Below are positions 11,013-23,302 of a stretch of DNA of 64,000 bases, piece by piece (position 1 is the first letter of the stretch; every line of letters starts with the position of its first letter). The DNA is from Octopus sinensis. Taxonomy: Eukaryota. Made by a program: the position numbers and the translations under genes. The DNA is taken from positions 5,828,001 to 5,892,000 of the forward strand of contig NC_043013.1 in assembly GCF_006345805.1 (NCBI RefSeq), read 5' to 3'. Below the pieces are notes generated by a model, which did no database searches, had not been told where the DNA came from, and saw nothing but the letters and a program-made list of their open reading frames with translations.

Positions 11013-11491
11013 GAAGCATTATTCTGTTGAAATTCCAAATCCATATAGCTCCTCCTTATTAAATTTTTTAAATAACGGCAGCAACAACATTGGTGAATAT
11101 TAATTGAAACCAAATGTCTCATGCCAAAAACAAAAGAACCCCCCCCCCCAAAAAAAAAAACCAAGTGACTTAGACAAAAAACAAAAAAAGACATGTAAAC
11201 ACAGAAAAAAATAATAACAGCCATGAATACAAGTCAAACCAATTTGTGTTGAGTATTTAACAATCAATAAAGTGTGTGCAAACAGATGGTCCCCATTGTG
11301 CTTTCACTCTATCTACTTTCCGCTTTCTCTCGTTACTCTTTCCCTTCCTCTCACGATATGCTTTCATTTATCTGCACCCTCTCCCCCTCCCACTCCTTCT
11401 CTTCATTCTTTCATTATTTTCATTCCTTTTTCTCTTTAACTCTTTCTTGTTCTTATTCTTTCTCTTATCTGCATTATACTTATTTGCTCTC

Positions 11492-12450
11492 TAAGGCAGC
11501 GAGCTGGCAGAACCGTTAGCATGCCGGGAAAAATGCTTAGTGGTATTTCGTCTGCCGCTATGTTCTGAGTTCAAATTCCGCCGTGGTCGACTTTACCTTT
11601 CATCCTTTCAGGGTCGATTAAATAAGTACCAGTTACGCACTGGGGTCGATATAATCGACTTAATCCATTTGTTTGTCCTTGTTTGTTCCCTCTGTGTGTA
11701 GCTCCTTGTGGGCAGTAAAGAAATAGGTATTTCATCTGCTGTTACATTCTGTGTTCAAATTCCGCCGAGGTCAACTTTACCTTTCATCCTTTCGGGGTCG
11801 ATTAAATAAGTACCAGTTATGCACTGGGGTCGATATAATCGACTTAATCTGTTTGTCTGTCCTTGTTTGTCCCCTCTGTGTGTAGCCCCTTGTGGGCAGT
11901 AAAGAAATAGGTATTTCATCTGCCGTTACATTCTGTGTTCAAATTCTGCCGAGGTCGACTTTGCCTTTCATCCTTTCGGGGTCGATTAAATAAGTACCAG
12001 TTATGCACTGGGATCGATATAATCGACTTAATCCGTTTGTCTGCCCTTGTTTGTCCCCTCTGTGTGTAGCCCCTTGTGGGCAGTAAAGAAATAGGTATTT
12101 CATCTGCCGTCACATTCTGTGTTCAAATTCTGCCGAGGTCGACTTTGCCTTTCAGCCTTTCGGGGTCGATAAAATAAGTACCAGTTACGCACTGGAGTCA
12201 ATGTAATTGACTTAATCCATTTGTCTGACCTTGTTTGTCCCCTCTATGTTTAGCCCCTTGTGGGCAATAAAGAAATAAGAAATGTTAGCATGCCGGGTGA
12301 GATGCCTGGTGGTTATTTCATCTGTCTTTACGTTCTGAGTTCAAATTCTGCCGAGATCGACTTTGCCTTTCATCCTTTCGGAGTCGATAAATTAAGTACC
12401 AGTTGCGTACTGGGGTTGATCTAATCAACTGGCCCCCTCCACCAAAATTT
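11492..12450 (+). mobile_element. Tandem array of SINE family C (Nin-domain-like), 184-bp period
   Basis: GTATTTC units start at 11543, 11727, 11911 and 12095. B box GTTCAAATTCC; GCCTTTCATCCTTTCGGGGTCGAT..AAGTACCAG resembles the Nin/Deu SINE domain. Confidence 0.9.
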
Positions 12451-12459
12451 TGGGATGTT

Positions 12460-12695
12460 GCTGCATCATCATCATCATCATCACAGCTATCACCATGATG
12501 ATAACTGCTACCATCATCATCGCCTTCATCCTCACCACCACCACCACCACCATCCTGCTCCTCCTCTTCCTTCTTGCTATTCCTCCTGCTCCTCCCATCA
12601 TCATCATCATCATCACCAGGATCTATACTCTCACTGCCACTGCCATCACTTCAGCTATTGTTACCACCACCACCATCACCACCACCACCACTATT
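12460..12695. repeat. (CAT/CAC)n low-complexity tract
   Basis: Direct reading. Confidence 0.9.
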
Positions 12696-12944
12696 ATTTC
12701 TACATCCACTTTTCTATGCTGGTATGTGTTGGACGAGGCTTTTTAGTGGTGGTGGTGGTGATGGTGGCAATTAATTCATTAACTGAACCATCCATTTTTT
12801 CACTGTTCTGTTTTTGTGACAGGGAAGGATTTCAACCAGAATGCATAAAGACCAGGGATAGACACCACAAGGCATCACACATCTTCAATGCTTTAACAAT
12901 TCTGCAAATTCCTCCCACTGCCCTGAAACTTTATCAGTCTCTGA

Positions 12945-15120
12945 AAGGATGAAAGGTAAAGTTGCCTTTAGCTGCATTTGAACTCAGAGTATAGCGGTTT
13001 GGAACAAATATTCTTTTCTAGAGTCCCAGCATTTTTGGGGGATTGGGGGTGTCAGTCGATTAGATCAACCTCAGTATGTAACTGGTACTTAATTCATTGA
13101 CCCCGAAAGGATGAATGGCAAAGTCAACCTCAGTGGAATTTGAACTCAGAACATAAAAACAGCCAAAATACTGCTAAGCATTTCACCCGGCGTGCTAACC
13201 ATTCTGCCAGCTTGCCACCCTGTTCAGAACAAATATTAAAACAACCGAAACACTCAGACCTCAAGGTGGACATGTTTAGTAGTCAATAAGTTGGCAAAAC
13301 TGTTAGAATGTTCAACAAAAGGCTTTCTGGCTTTTTAGATTCTGAGTTCACATCTAACTGAGGTTAATTTTGCCTTTTATCCTCTTAGGGTCCATGGAAT
13401 AAGTACCAATTAAGCACGGGGGTTGATGTAATTGACTAATCACGTCTCTTAAAACTTCAGGCCTTGTGCCTATAGCAGAAACGATTATTATTATTATTAT
13501 TATTATTTTCTCTTTATCACAGATTTTGTTGGAGCTCCTGCAGTCTTGCATGTGTAGCAGGCTTACTACCTGCACCCAATGGTACCATGCTATCCATTCT
13601 TTTCTGCTCTGTAATACTTTCCTGATTATTCTGGCCGTGCCAAGGAGGCAAACCTTTTGTAACACTTCTCCTGGGCACTCTATTCCAATTTCCTTTATAT
13701 TCCTCTTGATGCCTTCTGATACTCTTCCCAAGGACCCAACCATAATTGGCACTATCTTCACCTTCTTCATTTTCCATAGCTGGGCTATTTCATACTTAAG
13801 AGGGTTGTATCAATCTATCTTTTTGCTTTCCTTCTTGACTATTCGTGGGCCAAAGGGGTATGCAACATCAACTATATAGCATATCTGGTGCACCTTGTCC
13901 TCCACCACTAGGTCTGGTCTGTTATGCTCTTCTTCTTCTTCTTATTATTATTATTATGATGATGATGATGATGATGAAGGTGGTGAGCTGGCAGAATGGT
14001 TAGCATGCAAGGTGAAATGCTTAGTGGTATTTTGTCTGCTGCTATGTTCTGAGTTCAAATTCCACCAAAGTCGACTTTGCCTGTCATTCTTTTGGGGTCA
14101 ATTAAATAAGCCCAAGTTACACCTTTTTTGGCAAAATTTGAAATCATCATCATCATCATTATTATTATTATTATCATTATTATTCTTAAGATGGAGAGCT
14201 GGAAGAATTGTTAGCATGCTGGGTGAAATGCTTAATGGTAATTTCAACCATCGCTGTGTTCTGAGTTCAAATTTCACTGAGGTCGACTTTGCCTTTCATC
14301 CTTTCAGGGTTGATAAAATAAGTACCAGTTGAACCTTGTGGTCAGTGTAATTGACTCATCCCCTCCCTGCAAAAATTGATGCCCTTGTGGCAAAATGAAA
14401 ACCATTATTATTATTATTATTATTGTTATTATTATTGTTATTATTGTTATTGTTATTATTATTATTAAGGTGGAGGGCTGGCAGAATCATTAGCACACTG
14501 GGTTAAATGCTTAGCGGTATTTTATCTGCTGCTACGTTCTGACTTCAAATTCCGTTGAGGTCAACTTTGTCTTTCAGCCTTTCAGAGTCAATGAATTAAG
14601 TACCAGAGAAGCACTGGGGTCAAGGTAATTGACTTGTCCCCTCCCCTAAAATTTCCGGTCTTGTGCCTATAGTAGAAAGGATTATTATTATTAGTAGTAG
14701 TACTAAGATGGCAAGCTGGTAGGATTGTTAGCATGCTCGACAAAATGCTTAGCAACATTTCATGTGTCTTCACATTCTGAGTTCAAATTCCGCCAAGGTC
14801 GAATTTGCCTTTCATCCTCTTAGGGTCGATAAATTTAGTACCAGTGAAACACTGGGATCAATGTAATCAACTAGCCCCCTCCCCCAAAATTTCAGGCCTT
14901 CTACATATATTATTTTTACGGAATTGTTAGAATGCTGGTTAAAATCCTCAGTGATATTTTGTCGTTCTGTGCATTCTGAGTTCAAATTCTGCCAAGGTTG
15001 ATTTAGCCCTTCATCCTTTTGGGGTTGATAAATTAAGTACCGGTCGAGTACTGGGGTTGATGTAATCAACTAAACCCTCTTCCAAAATTTCAGGCCTGGT
15101 GCCTATAATAAAAAGGGTTC
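12945..15120. mobile_element. Cluster of SINE family C copies (minus at ~12945-13220; plus at ~13290, 13977, 14190, 14467, 14707, 14925)
   Basis: Repeated GAGCTGGCAGAAT..TTAGC / GAGTTCAAATT / GCCTTTCATCC blocks separated by (ATT)n. Confidence 0.85.
13485..13930 (-). pseudogene. 3' remnant of an RLE-type non-LTR retrotransposon (R4/Dong-like) with (TAA)n tail
   Basis: Minus-strand translation EHNRPDLVVEDK...IVDVAYP...KKID*YNPLKYEIAQLWKMKKVKIVPIMVGSLG...LQKVCLLGTARIIRKVL: a PD-D restriction-like endonuclease C-terminus with one stop, ending in TAA repeats. Confidence 0.88.
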
Positions 15121-15805
15121 TTCTTATTTATTTATTTATTCATTGACCCTTTATTACACATGATGCAATCTTAAATCTTATAGCAGGATAACCTCACCTT
15201 TTCTAGTATTAACCATTCAATTACAGAGTAGAGGTTCACATATTTAATGTCGGGAGAACCAAAACACCTCATTAGAAATAATTATGTAATGAGGAGAGGA
15301 CAACATAAAGCTCAATGAATAGATATTAATTTAATCCCATCAGCAAATATGGGAGACAACTCCAAACATATTTATGCCTTATTAGACCTCCTCAGTGTCG
15401 TATAGTTCACATCATATTTGCTGGAGTTGTGGTGAAGGAGACACTGAGTAGAATCATTGTATTTAAATCTCGGTATAAACACGAAGCATGAATACATTTG
15501 GAAAATCAATTTAATTTTTGCTATTTAAACAAGGGGGTGTAACTTGGTTTGTAAGCCTTGTAGTCGAGACAGAGTTATGTACCTTACCATAATCCAGGTC
15601 CACTGTGATGAAAGTATTAGTGAAATTTTGGCTCCCAGCCTTGCAATTTCTAGAGGACATGGTCACTCTACTTGCGAGAAATAGCAGCTAAATCTCTCCC
15701 AGATTATACCTTACCATGTTAAAAAAAGATGAAACTTGATGGTATAGTCTCAATATATTATATATGAATAAAAGACTGGAATGCTTTTGATTTCACATCT
15801 GCTGG

Positions 15806-15840
<35 letters not shown>

Positions 15841-15844
<4 letters not shown>

Positions 15845-16314
15845 GAGGGAATATTATTCCAAATTTACAGGGAAAAATTCAATTTAGCAATTCTAAATCA
15901 AATTTCACAAAATATAATATCTCTCTATATATAAATTAGAAAAAAACCCCACCTTCTATCAATTCAATAATGAAAAACTAAATTATACCATCTAGAAAAT
16001 TACATCTTATAGAAAGATTAAATATAAGATAAAACATATAACGATGATGAAGTAATGTGCAAAATAGTAAATAAAACGTTTTATTTATTATTTTGCACAT
16101 TACTTCATCATCGTTATATGTTTTATCTTATATTTAATCTTTCTATAAGATGTAATTTTCTAGATGGTATAATTTAGTTTTTCATTATTGAATTGATAGA
16201 AGGTGGGGTTTTTTTCTAATTTATATATAGAGAGATATTATATTTTGTGAAATTTGATTTAGAATTGCTAAATTGAATTTTTCCCTGTAAGTTTGGAATG
16301 ATATTCCCTCATAT
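15841..16314. repeat. Spacerless near-perfect 474-bp palindrome flanked by (TA)n
   Basis: Centre AAAAC|GTTTT at 16077/16078. Arms are 237 bp with three mismatches seen by eye. An arm-end fragment recurs at ~58050-58090. Confidence 0.95.
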
Positions 16315-16324
16315 TATATATATA

Positions 16325-17190
16325 TAGAGTGCGATGGGTAAATTGTCATCATTTTATATTTTTTATTTTGCTCATGCGCAGTGTTTGCTTTTTATTTTGT
16401 CAACTATACAGTATAGTTGGGCACCGTCTGTAAGAAAAAGAGCACCATGACACAATTCACTCTAACAAAAATTTGGAAATGACACACTGTGCTTAGATTG
16501 GCATTCATGCTGGAAGCTCCAATATGAACATTTCAGAGAGTTTTGGCGTCAATCTGAGGATATGTAGTGAGAGTGATAAAAACCAAACATCCAGTCAACA
16601 TCATGGTGTTTGGAGTGATCACTAGTGATGGTAGCTTTATGCCTCCATTCACCTTCCCACATGGCCTCAGACTCAACATGGAGGCCTACGTCAAGTGTCT
16701 GGAGGAAGTTGTGCTGCCCTGGGTCAAGAGGGTGGCTACTGGAAGATCTTATATCTTGCAATAGAACTCTGCACCACGTCACACAACCAGGAGAACTAAG
16801 TCGTGGCTGTCAGACAATTTCTGTGACCACACAACCCCTAACATCTGGCCACCTAACTCCCCAGACTGCAACCCCCTTGATTATTATGTGTAGGACACAG
16901 TTGAGCAAGAGACCAACAAAACTCCTTGTAACACCAAAGATGAACTGAAGCCAAAGATTATGACAGCATTCACCAACTTAAACAAGGAGACCATTTCAAA
17001 GAGTTGCAGGAGATTCCGAAGTCTTCAAGAGGCTGTGGTTGAAGCTAATGGCGATTTTATTGAATAAATTTACTCTTTAGTATTTCAAGATATTTTAAAG
17101 TAATTTTGGTAAATATATCTGTTAAAATGCGATGTCAGTGTTATTTTCATTTTTGTGTAATTTAGACAACAGTTTAGTCACTGCACCCTG
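16325..17190 (+). mobile_element. Internally deleted Tc1/mariner DNA transposon, DD37D (maT) family
   Basis: Degenerate TIRs TAGAGTGCGATGGGTAAATTGTC and (reverse complement) CAGGGTGCAGTGACTAAACTGTTGTC, TA flanks, transposase remnant inside. Confidence 0.88.
16567..17067 (+). pseudogene. DD37D transposase catalytic-domain remnant
   Basis: In-frame KHPVNIMVFGVITSDG...YILQ*NSAPRH...WPPNSPDCNPLDYYV*...VVEANGDFIE*. There are 37 residues between the mutated second D position and the final D, and two internal stops. Confidence 0.88.
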
Positions 17191-17241
17191 TATATATATA
17201 TATATATATACACACACACATAGATAGATAGATAGATAGAT

Positions 17242-17272
<31 letters not shown>

Positions 17273-17539
17273 TAGATAGATAATTTTCATCATCATCTTC
17301 ATCATCACCATTTTAATATCCACTTTTCCATATTTGCATTTCCATTCTTCTGCAAGAATATGACTCGTCACAGAAAAGTATAACCTTGCTTGGAAACAGG
17401 TGAGGGTTGGCAACAGGAAGAGCATCTGGCTGTAGAAAATCTTCTCAAAAAAATTCTGTCTGACCCATGCAAGCATGAACAAGTAGACATTAAAATGCTG
17501 CTGCTGCTGCTGCTGATGGTGACGATGATGATAATTATA

Positions 17540-18430
17540 TTTCTTTCCTACCCACAAGGGGCTAAACACAGAGGGGACAAACAAGGACAGACAAAGAGAC
17601 TAAGTCGATTACATTGACCCCAGTGTGTAACTGGTACTTATTTAATCGACCCCGAAAGGATGAAAGGCAAAGTTGACCTTGGCGGCATTTGAACACAGAA
17701 CGTAACGGCAGACAAAATACGGCTACGCATTTCGCCTGACGTGCTAACGTTTCTGACAGCTTGCCGCCGCCGATGATGATAATGTCTTCCATTTTTGCAA
17801 GTTCCTTCCACTTGGATTTGTTTCACACCTTTTACCCAACTTCCTTAGCATTAGATCTTCTCCCCAACACAGTCTTCTCTCATTTCTATTTGATCTGATA
17901 TCTCTTACACTCAGTTCTTTGTTTTCGTTACTGTCATTTGCCATTCTTCCTATACACTTACATTCCTCATCCAATGGAGCTTGTCAATCTCATTCCTTTC
18001 TTCCTTTCACACACCTTTTTCCGTATTTTTTTCCTACTCTAGGTACAAGGCCTGAAATTTTTGGGGAGAGGGGCCAGTTGATTAGATTGACCCCAGCATG
18101 CAACTGGTACTTAATTTATTGACTCTGAAAGAATGAAAGGCAAAGTCAACCTCGGCAGAATTTGAACTCAGAACATAAAGACAGACGAAATACCTATTTC
18201 TTTACTACCCACAAGGGGCTAAACACAGAGAGGACAAACAAAGACAGACAAATGGATTAAGTCGATTATATCGACCCCAGAGCGTAACTGGTACTTAATT
18301 TATCGACACCGAAAGGATGAAAGGCAAAGTCGACCTCGGTGGAATTTGAACTCAAAACGTAAAGACAGACGAAATACCGCTAAGCATTTCACCCAGTGTG
18401 CTAACGATCCCGCCAGTTCGCCACCTTGCA
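17540..18430 (-). mobile_element. SINE family C copies (monomer ~17540-17770; dimer ~18030-18430)
   Basis: Reverse complement of the 11492-12450 units. Confidence 0.85.
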
Positions 18431-18464
18431 CCTTTTCCTGTATTCAGTGCTCATGATTTGCTAC

Positions 18465-18785
18465 CATGGTTCAGTGGTTAGAGCATCGGGTTCACAATCA
18501 TGAGGTAGTGAGTTCGATTCCCAGACCTGGCTGTGTGTTGTGTTCTTGAGCAAGACACTTTATTTCACATCACTCCAGTTCACTCAGCTGTAGAAATGAG
18601 TTGCAATGTCATTGGTGCCAAGCTGTATTCGCCTTTGCCTTTCCCTTGGATAACATCAGTGGCATGGAGAGTGGGAGGCCGGTATGCATGGCTGACTGCT
18701 GGTCTTCCATAAACTGTGCCTTGGAAGTGAACTTTCTAGCTGCAATCTCATGGCCATTCATGACTGAAGAGAGGCTTTACCTTAT
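18465..18785 (+). mobile_element. SINE family A
   Basis: TGGTTCAGTGGTTAGAGC, GAGTTCGATTCC and the family-A body. Confidence 0.85.
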
Positions 18786-19594
18786 TATATCATATATATA
18801 TATCTCTCTATATATGCATGTGTACACTGTGTTTGTTCCCCCACTGATTGATAACCAGTGTAGGTTTGTTTACATCCCCTCCACTAAGTAGTTCAGCAAA
18901 AGAGAATGAAAGGGGTCTTTACCTTTAAATTTTACTCTAATCTCACACTTTGAGTGGAGGCACATGGCTTAGTGGTTAGGGCGTTGGACTCATGATTGTA
19001 AAGATGGTGGTTTCAATTCTGGGACCAGGCAATGTTGTGTCCTTGAACAAAGCACTTCATATTACATTGCTCCAGTCCACTCAGCTGGTGTAAAGGAGCA
19101 TTCCTGAAATGGAACTGGGGTCTCATCCAGAGAGGAATGTACATTCCAGAGAAGCTTGGAAACTGACCCGATGCTCCTTACAGAATCGGGTCGACTGACT
19201 GACATTACACAGGTATCATACAATCTGTCCTTCACTCAGGGAGAGAATGTGTGTGTGTTTGTGGTGGGGTAGTCTCTCTTTTTCCAATGCATTCTCCTGA
19301 TTCAGTAACTTCCTATAGTAGCAATCATTCCAAAACATTTTCTTTCATCTTGGCATTAGTGAAGATAAGAGCATTTCTGTTATTCCGTACACATTTCCTC
19401 CAATGGCATCTTGACTTTCACAGACACATCGCTCTATCATCAAGACCACTTGGTGTCTCTGATCCCTTCATTGTAAAACTTTGGCAAACACCTTGTTTCC
19501 GGCCCCTTGTTGAGCTCCCTGTTTACCTGATTCCTAGATTCTACTCTTGCTGATGTTATTCCTTGCCTCCTTACTTTCTTCTAATCTTTCCAGG

Positions 19595-20135
19595 AGTGAA
19601 GCCTCATGGCATAGTGGTTAGGATATTCAGCTCATGATCATAAGGCTGTGTGTTCAATTCCTGGTGGTGTGTTGTGTCCTTCAGCAAGACACTTTATGTC
19701 ACATTTCTCTAGTCCACTCAGCTGGCAAAAATTAGTTGTACCTTTAATTCAAAGGGGCCAGCCTTGTCACATTGTGTGTCACATTGAATCTCCCCGAGAA
19801 CTACATTAAACCCTTTTGATACCAACCCAGCTGAAACCGTTTCTGGCTCTGTAGTATAAATTTCTTGTTTGCAGAAGTTCGGAATTAAAATCTTCCACCA
19901 AACCTTAATCACAATTTATGTTCCAAACACTAGGAATTTATTTTATTAAATTCTTTGTTATGTTTAAAGTAATTGAAAGAAACACAAAGCATCTTAAAAT
20001 AAATACAGTAATGAAAGGGTTAAAGGTACATGTGTCTGTGGAGTGCTCAGCCACTTGAACATTAATTTCCTGAGCAGGCAGTTCCATTGATCGAAACAAC
20101 TGGAACCCGTGTCATTGTAACCAATGGAGTGTCAG
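19595..20135 (+). mobile_element. SINE family A variant interrupted by a TTAA MITE
   Basis: Colinear with the uninterrupted copy at 35695-36022 once 19806-20023 is removed. Confidence 0.8.
19806..20023. mobile_element. piggyBac-like MITE (TTAA TSD, CCCTTT...AAAGGG ends)
   Basis: TTAA at 19806-19809 and 20020-20023. Same family as 27872-28101 and 59869-60340. Confidence 0.8.
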
Positions 20136-20726
20136 TAAGTAAATCTTTCCAGGTCTGTCCCTTAGTTTTTATGGATCTGTCTATTGTACCATTCCACATC
20201 ATCATCATCGTTTAACGTCCGTTTTCCCTGCTAGCATGGGTTGGGTGGTTGGCTGGTTGGATGGATGGATGTTTTGATATTGCAAATAAATGCATCATTT
20301 ATACCAAAGACTTCCAGAAATAATAATCTCACTTTATTTTTTGTATTATATCCACATTTCCATGTATACTGGAATAGCCATCACAATGTGGCCCACATGT
20401 CCTATACGCCCGCGTCTCCGCCGCCATACCGTGCGTGAAATCGAAAGCACGAAACTAACCCATTAGCATTTAAACCAACCATACCTGGCCAAAATAATCT
20501 ACCTGTTTTATCTTCAAACTGGCCAAATTCAGCCTGCGATGTCACTGGTACCAAGCTGTATCAGCCCCTTTGCCTTTCCCTTGGGTAACATCAGTGTGGC
20601 ATGGAGAGATGAGGCTGGTATGCAGGGCTTCCATAAACAACTTTGCCTAGACTTGTGCCTCAGAGGGGAACTTTCTAGGTGCAATTCCATGGCCATTCAT
20701 GACCTAGGGGGGCTTTACTCTGTGTA

Positions 20727-21065
20727 GTGAAGGCACATGGCTTAATAGTTAGAGTGTTGGACTCACAATCACGAGGTAGTGAGATCAATTCCTGGACTGG
20801 GCTGAGCGTTGTGTTCTTGAGCAAGGCACTTTATTTCACTTTGCACTACTTACTTCACTAAGCAGTGGAAATGAGTTGCGATGTCACTGGTGCCAAGCTG
20901 TATCGACTCTGCCTTTCCCTCGGATAACATCAGTGGAGTGGAGTGGGTAGGCTGGTATACATGGACAATTGCTGGTCTTCTATAAACAACCTTGCCCAGA
21001 CTTGTGCCTTGTTGCAATCCCATGGTCATTCGTGATTGAAGGGGGTCTTCACCCTTTACCCTTTT
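20727..21065 (+). mobile_element. SINE family A (a partial copy precedes it at ~20535-20720)
   Basis: Colinear with 412-753. Confidence 0.8.
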
Positions 21066-21931
21066 CACATTTTACAGAAAAATCTGAATGCTTAAGGGTT
21101 AAAGTTTCCTACCTGTGATTACAAGGTCACTGCCAATTTGTCATTGAGGTCGTCATAAGTAGAACCCCATAGAAGCAGACCTTTCACTCATCCGTTAGTC
21201 TCACCAGGGGTCCTTATGCAGAGATCACAGCAGTTGCTATGCTTACTTATATTGCTACATCCTTTGATTACATCTTTTAATTATCAGCCCATTTTCAGCT
21301 CCCAATAATTCTATTCCATCCAGGCCAGTGCTGCTGAGAATTCAAAAGCATTTGTACTTTTGTTCCTCACCAATGGATAATCTGATCGAAGATCCTCCCT
21401 CTCTCTCTCTCTCTCTCTCACTTTACTTTCTGTACAGAGTATGCACTGACTTGCCTCCGTTCCAGCCTTACCTTTTATCATGCCAATGTTGATGGCTGAA
21501 ATCCTGAAGTTTTATACCTGATGGGATGAGAAGAGCTTCCGATGGCATGCGAGTGTTTTGCAACTGGAACAAAGAAGTTTGTGCAATCATTTTGTATGTG
21601 TGCGTGCACATGTGTGTGTGTGTGTGAGTATATGTGCGTGTGTTTATATATGGATGTTTTCGATCTAGTTTGAATTCTACGCAATCAAATTTGATTGCAA
21701 AGAATTCAAATTTGATGGCAAAGAATCCAAACTAGGTCGAAAATATCTATAATATCATCTGGGTTATCAACCTTATAATGCATGTTATCAACCTTATAAC
21801 ATGCATTTTAAAGCTCTTCAACAGTTATCGGCTATCATGTGCAGTCACACAGCAAGGATAATCCTTTTACTGGATATACATGTGGAAATCTGTTACTGTA
21901 TGCAGAATTCATAGAAAAAAAAAATTATGAT

Positions 21932-22103
21932 AGGCGTAGGAGTGGCTGTGTGGTAAGTAGCTTGCTTACGAACCACATGGTTCCGGGTTCAGTACCACTG
22001 CATGGCACCTTGGGCAAGTGCCTTCTACTATAACCTTAGGCCGACCAAAGCCTTGTGAGTGGATTTGGTAGACAGAAACTGAAAGAAGCCTGTTGTATAT
22101 ATG

Positions 22104-22142
<39 letters not shown>

Positions 22143-22310
22143 TTGTGTGTCTGTGTTTGTCCCCCATAACTTAGTAGTTCGGCAAAACAGACTGATAGAA
22201 TAAGTACTAGGCTTACAAAGAATAAGTCCTGGGGTCGATTTGCTCGACTAAAGGCGGTGCTCCAGCATGGCCACAGTCACATGACTGAAACAAGTAAAAG
22301 AGTAAAGAGT
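21932..22310 (+). mobile_element. SINE family B, full length
   Basis: GGAGTGGCTGTGTGGTAAG A-box-like and GGTTCAGTACC B-box-like motifs, internal (TA)(TG)n, and a GAGTAAA-type tail. Confidence 0.9.
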
Positions 22311-23016
22311 AATACAAGATTATAATACAATAAATTATGATGCAAGAAGTTCATTCATTCCATCATCTTGTATTATAATTTTATACATACATACATACAT
22401 ACACATAAGTACATATTTGTGTAAGTAAATATGTTTGTATGATTGATTGCTTTGCATTCATGAACCCCCTAAGAAAATGAATACTCACAAAGCTGAATGT
22501 ATTATTATTTGCCATATCATATGGAAGTTAGTATAACACGTATTCTGAGAAATACCAGTCAAGTCTCCCTCAAACCACACCCTATTGTCAGACAAGAAAG
22601 AGGTAGAGAAACAGTAAGTTGAAATGCAGTAAACGTAGCAGTCTGTCTGTCTCTCTGCTTGTATGTCTACCTGTCTGTCTGCCTGCTTCTCCCTCCTCCT
22701 CTCCCTGGAATGCTGTCAGTTATGCACAGCAGAGGAGACAGTGATGTTGCACAGTATCAAAGCTGCAAATACCTAGCTGAATGCACACTTGGAATTTTTT
22801 GGTAGATGCTGTCACTCACAAAAGTATTTAAAATTTTGGCAGCATATCAGCAGCATCATCACCACCACCAAACTAGATATAAGAAACAAATTAATCTTTT
22901 AGCATTTAAACTGGCCATATCCAGCAAAAATATTCTGTTTTATATTCAAACTGGGCAGATCCAATATTTCAAAGCAACTCTACAATATAATATATATAAC
23001 ACTACTAAATTAATAA

Positions 23017-23191
23017 ATACAGTTCTATATTTAAGAGATGAGGAATTATGTACTTTATTTACAATTGACAAATATTTGTCCTCATTTTGTTCGTTATTAA
23101 CACGTTTCGGCTGATATATCCTCCAGCCTTCATCAGGTGTTTTGGAGAAATTTCGATCCTGGGTTCTCATTCCTAAGGTATTTTTTGATGC

Positions 23192-23223
<32 letters not shown>

Positions 23224-23302
23224 TCACAGCCTGGAATTGAACTCAGAATCTTGGGGTTAGTAGCTTGCGCTCTTAACCACTACGCCATATGCCTGTGGGC
23301 AT
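23017..23302 (-). mobile_element. tRNA-headed SINE-like element with a hammerhead-bearing (Penelope pLTR-like) 3' half
   Basis: Minus strand: TGGCGTAGTGG (A box), GAGTTCAATTCC (B box), (AAT)n, then AACAC-CTGATGA-AGGCTGG...TCAGCC-GAAAC-GTGTT. Confidence 0.7.
23099..23141 (-). ncRNA. Hammerhead ribozyme-like motif with intact core boxes but missing cleavage-site nucleotides
   Basis: CUGAUGA and GAAA are intact, with a 6-bp stem II (GGCUGG/UCAGCC) and a 5-bp stem I (AACAC/GUGUU). Only one nt lies between GAAA and stem I, so stem III and the NUH triplet appear deleted. Confidence 0.65.

Noticed and set aside
10316-11224. 302-aa Ser/His-rich ORF
   Set aside because: It is a read-through of a (GAT)n array and repeat tails.
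15355-15432. Minus-strand CTGAGGA-GGTCT...AGGC hammerhead candidate in a short inverted repeat
   Set aside because: GAAA is absent and stem I is not supported.
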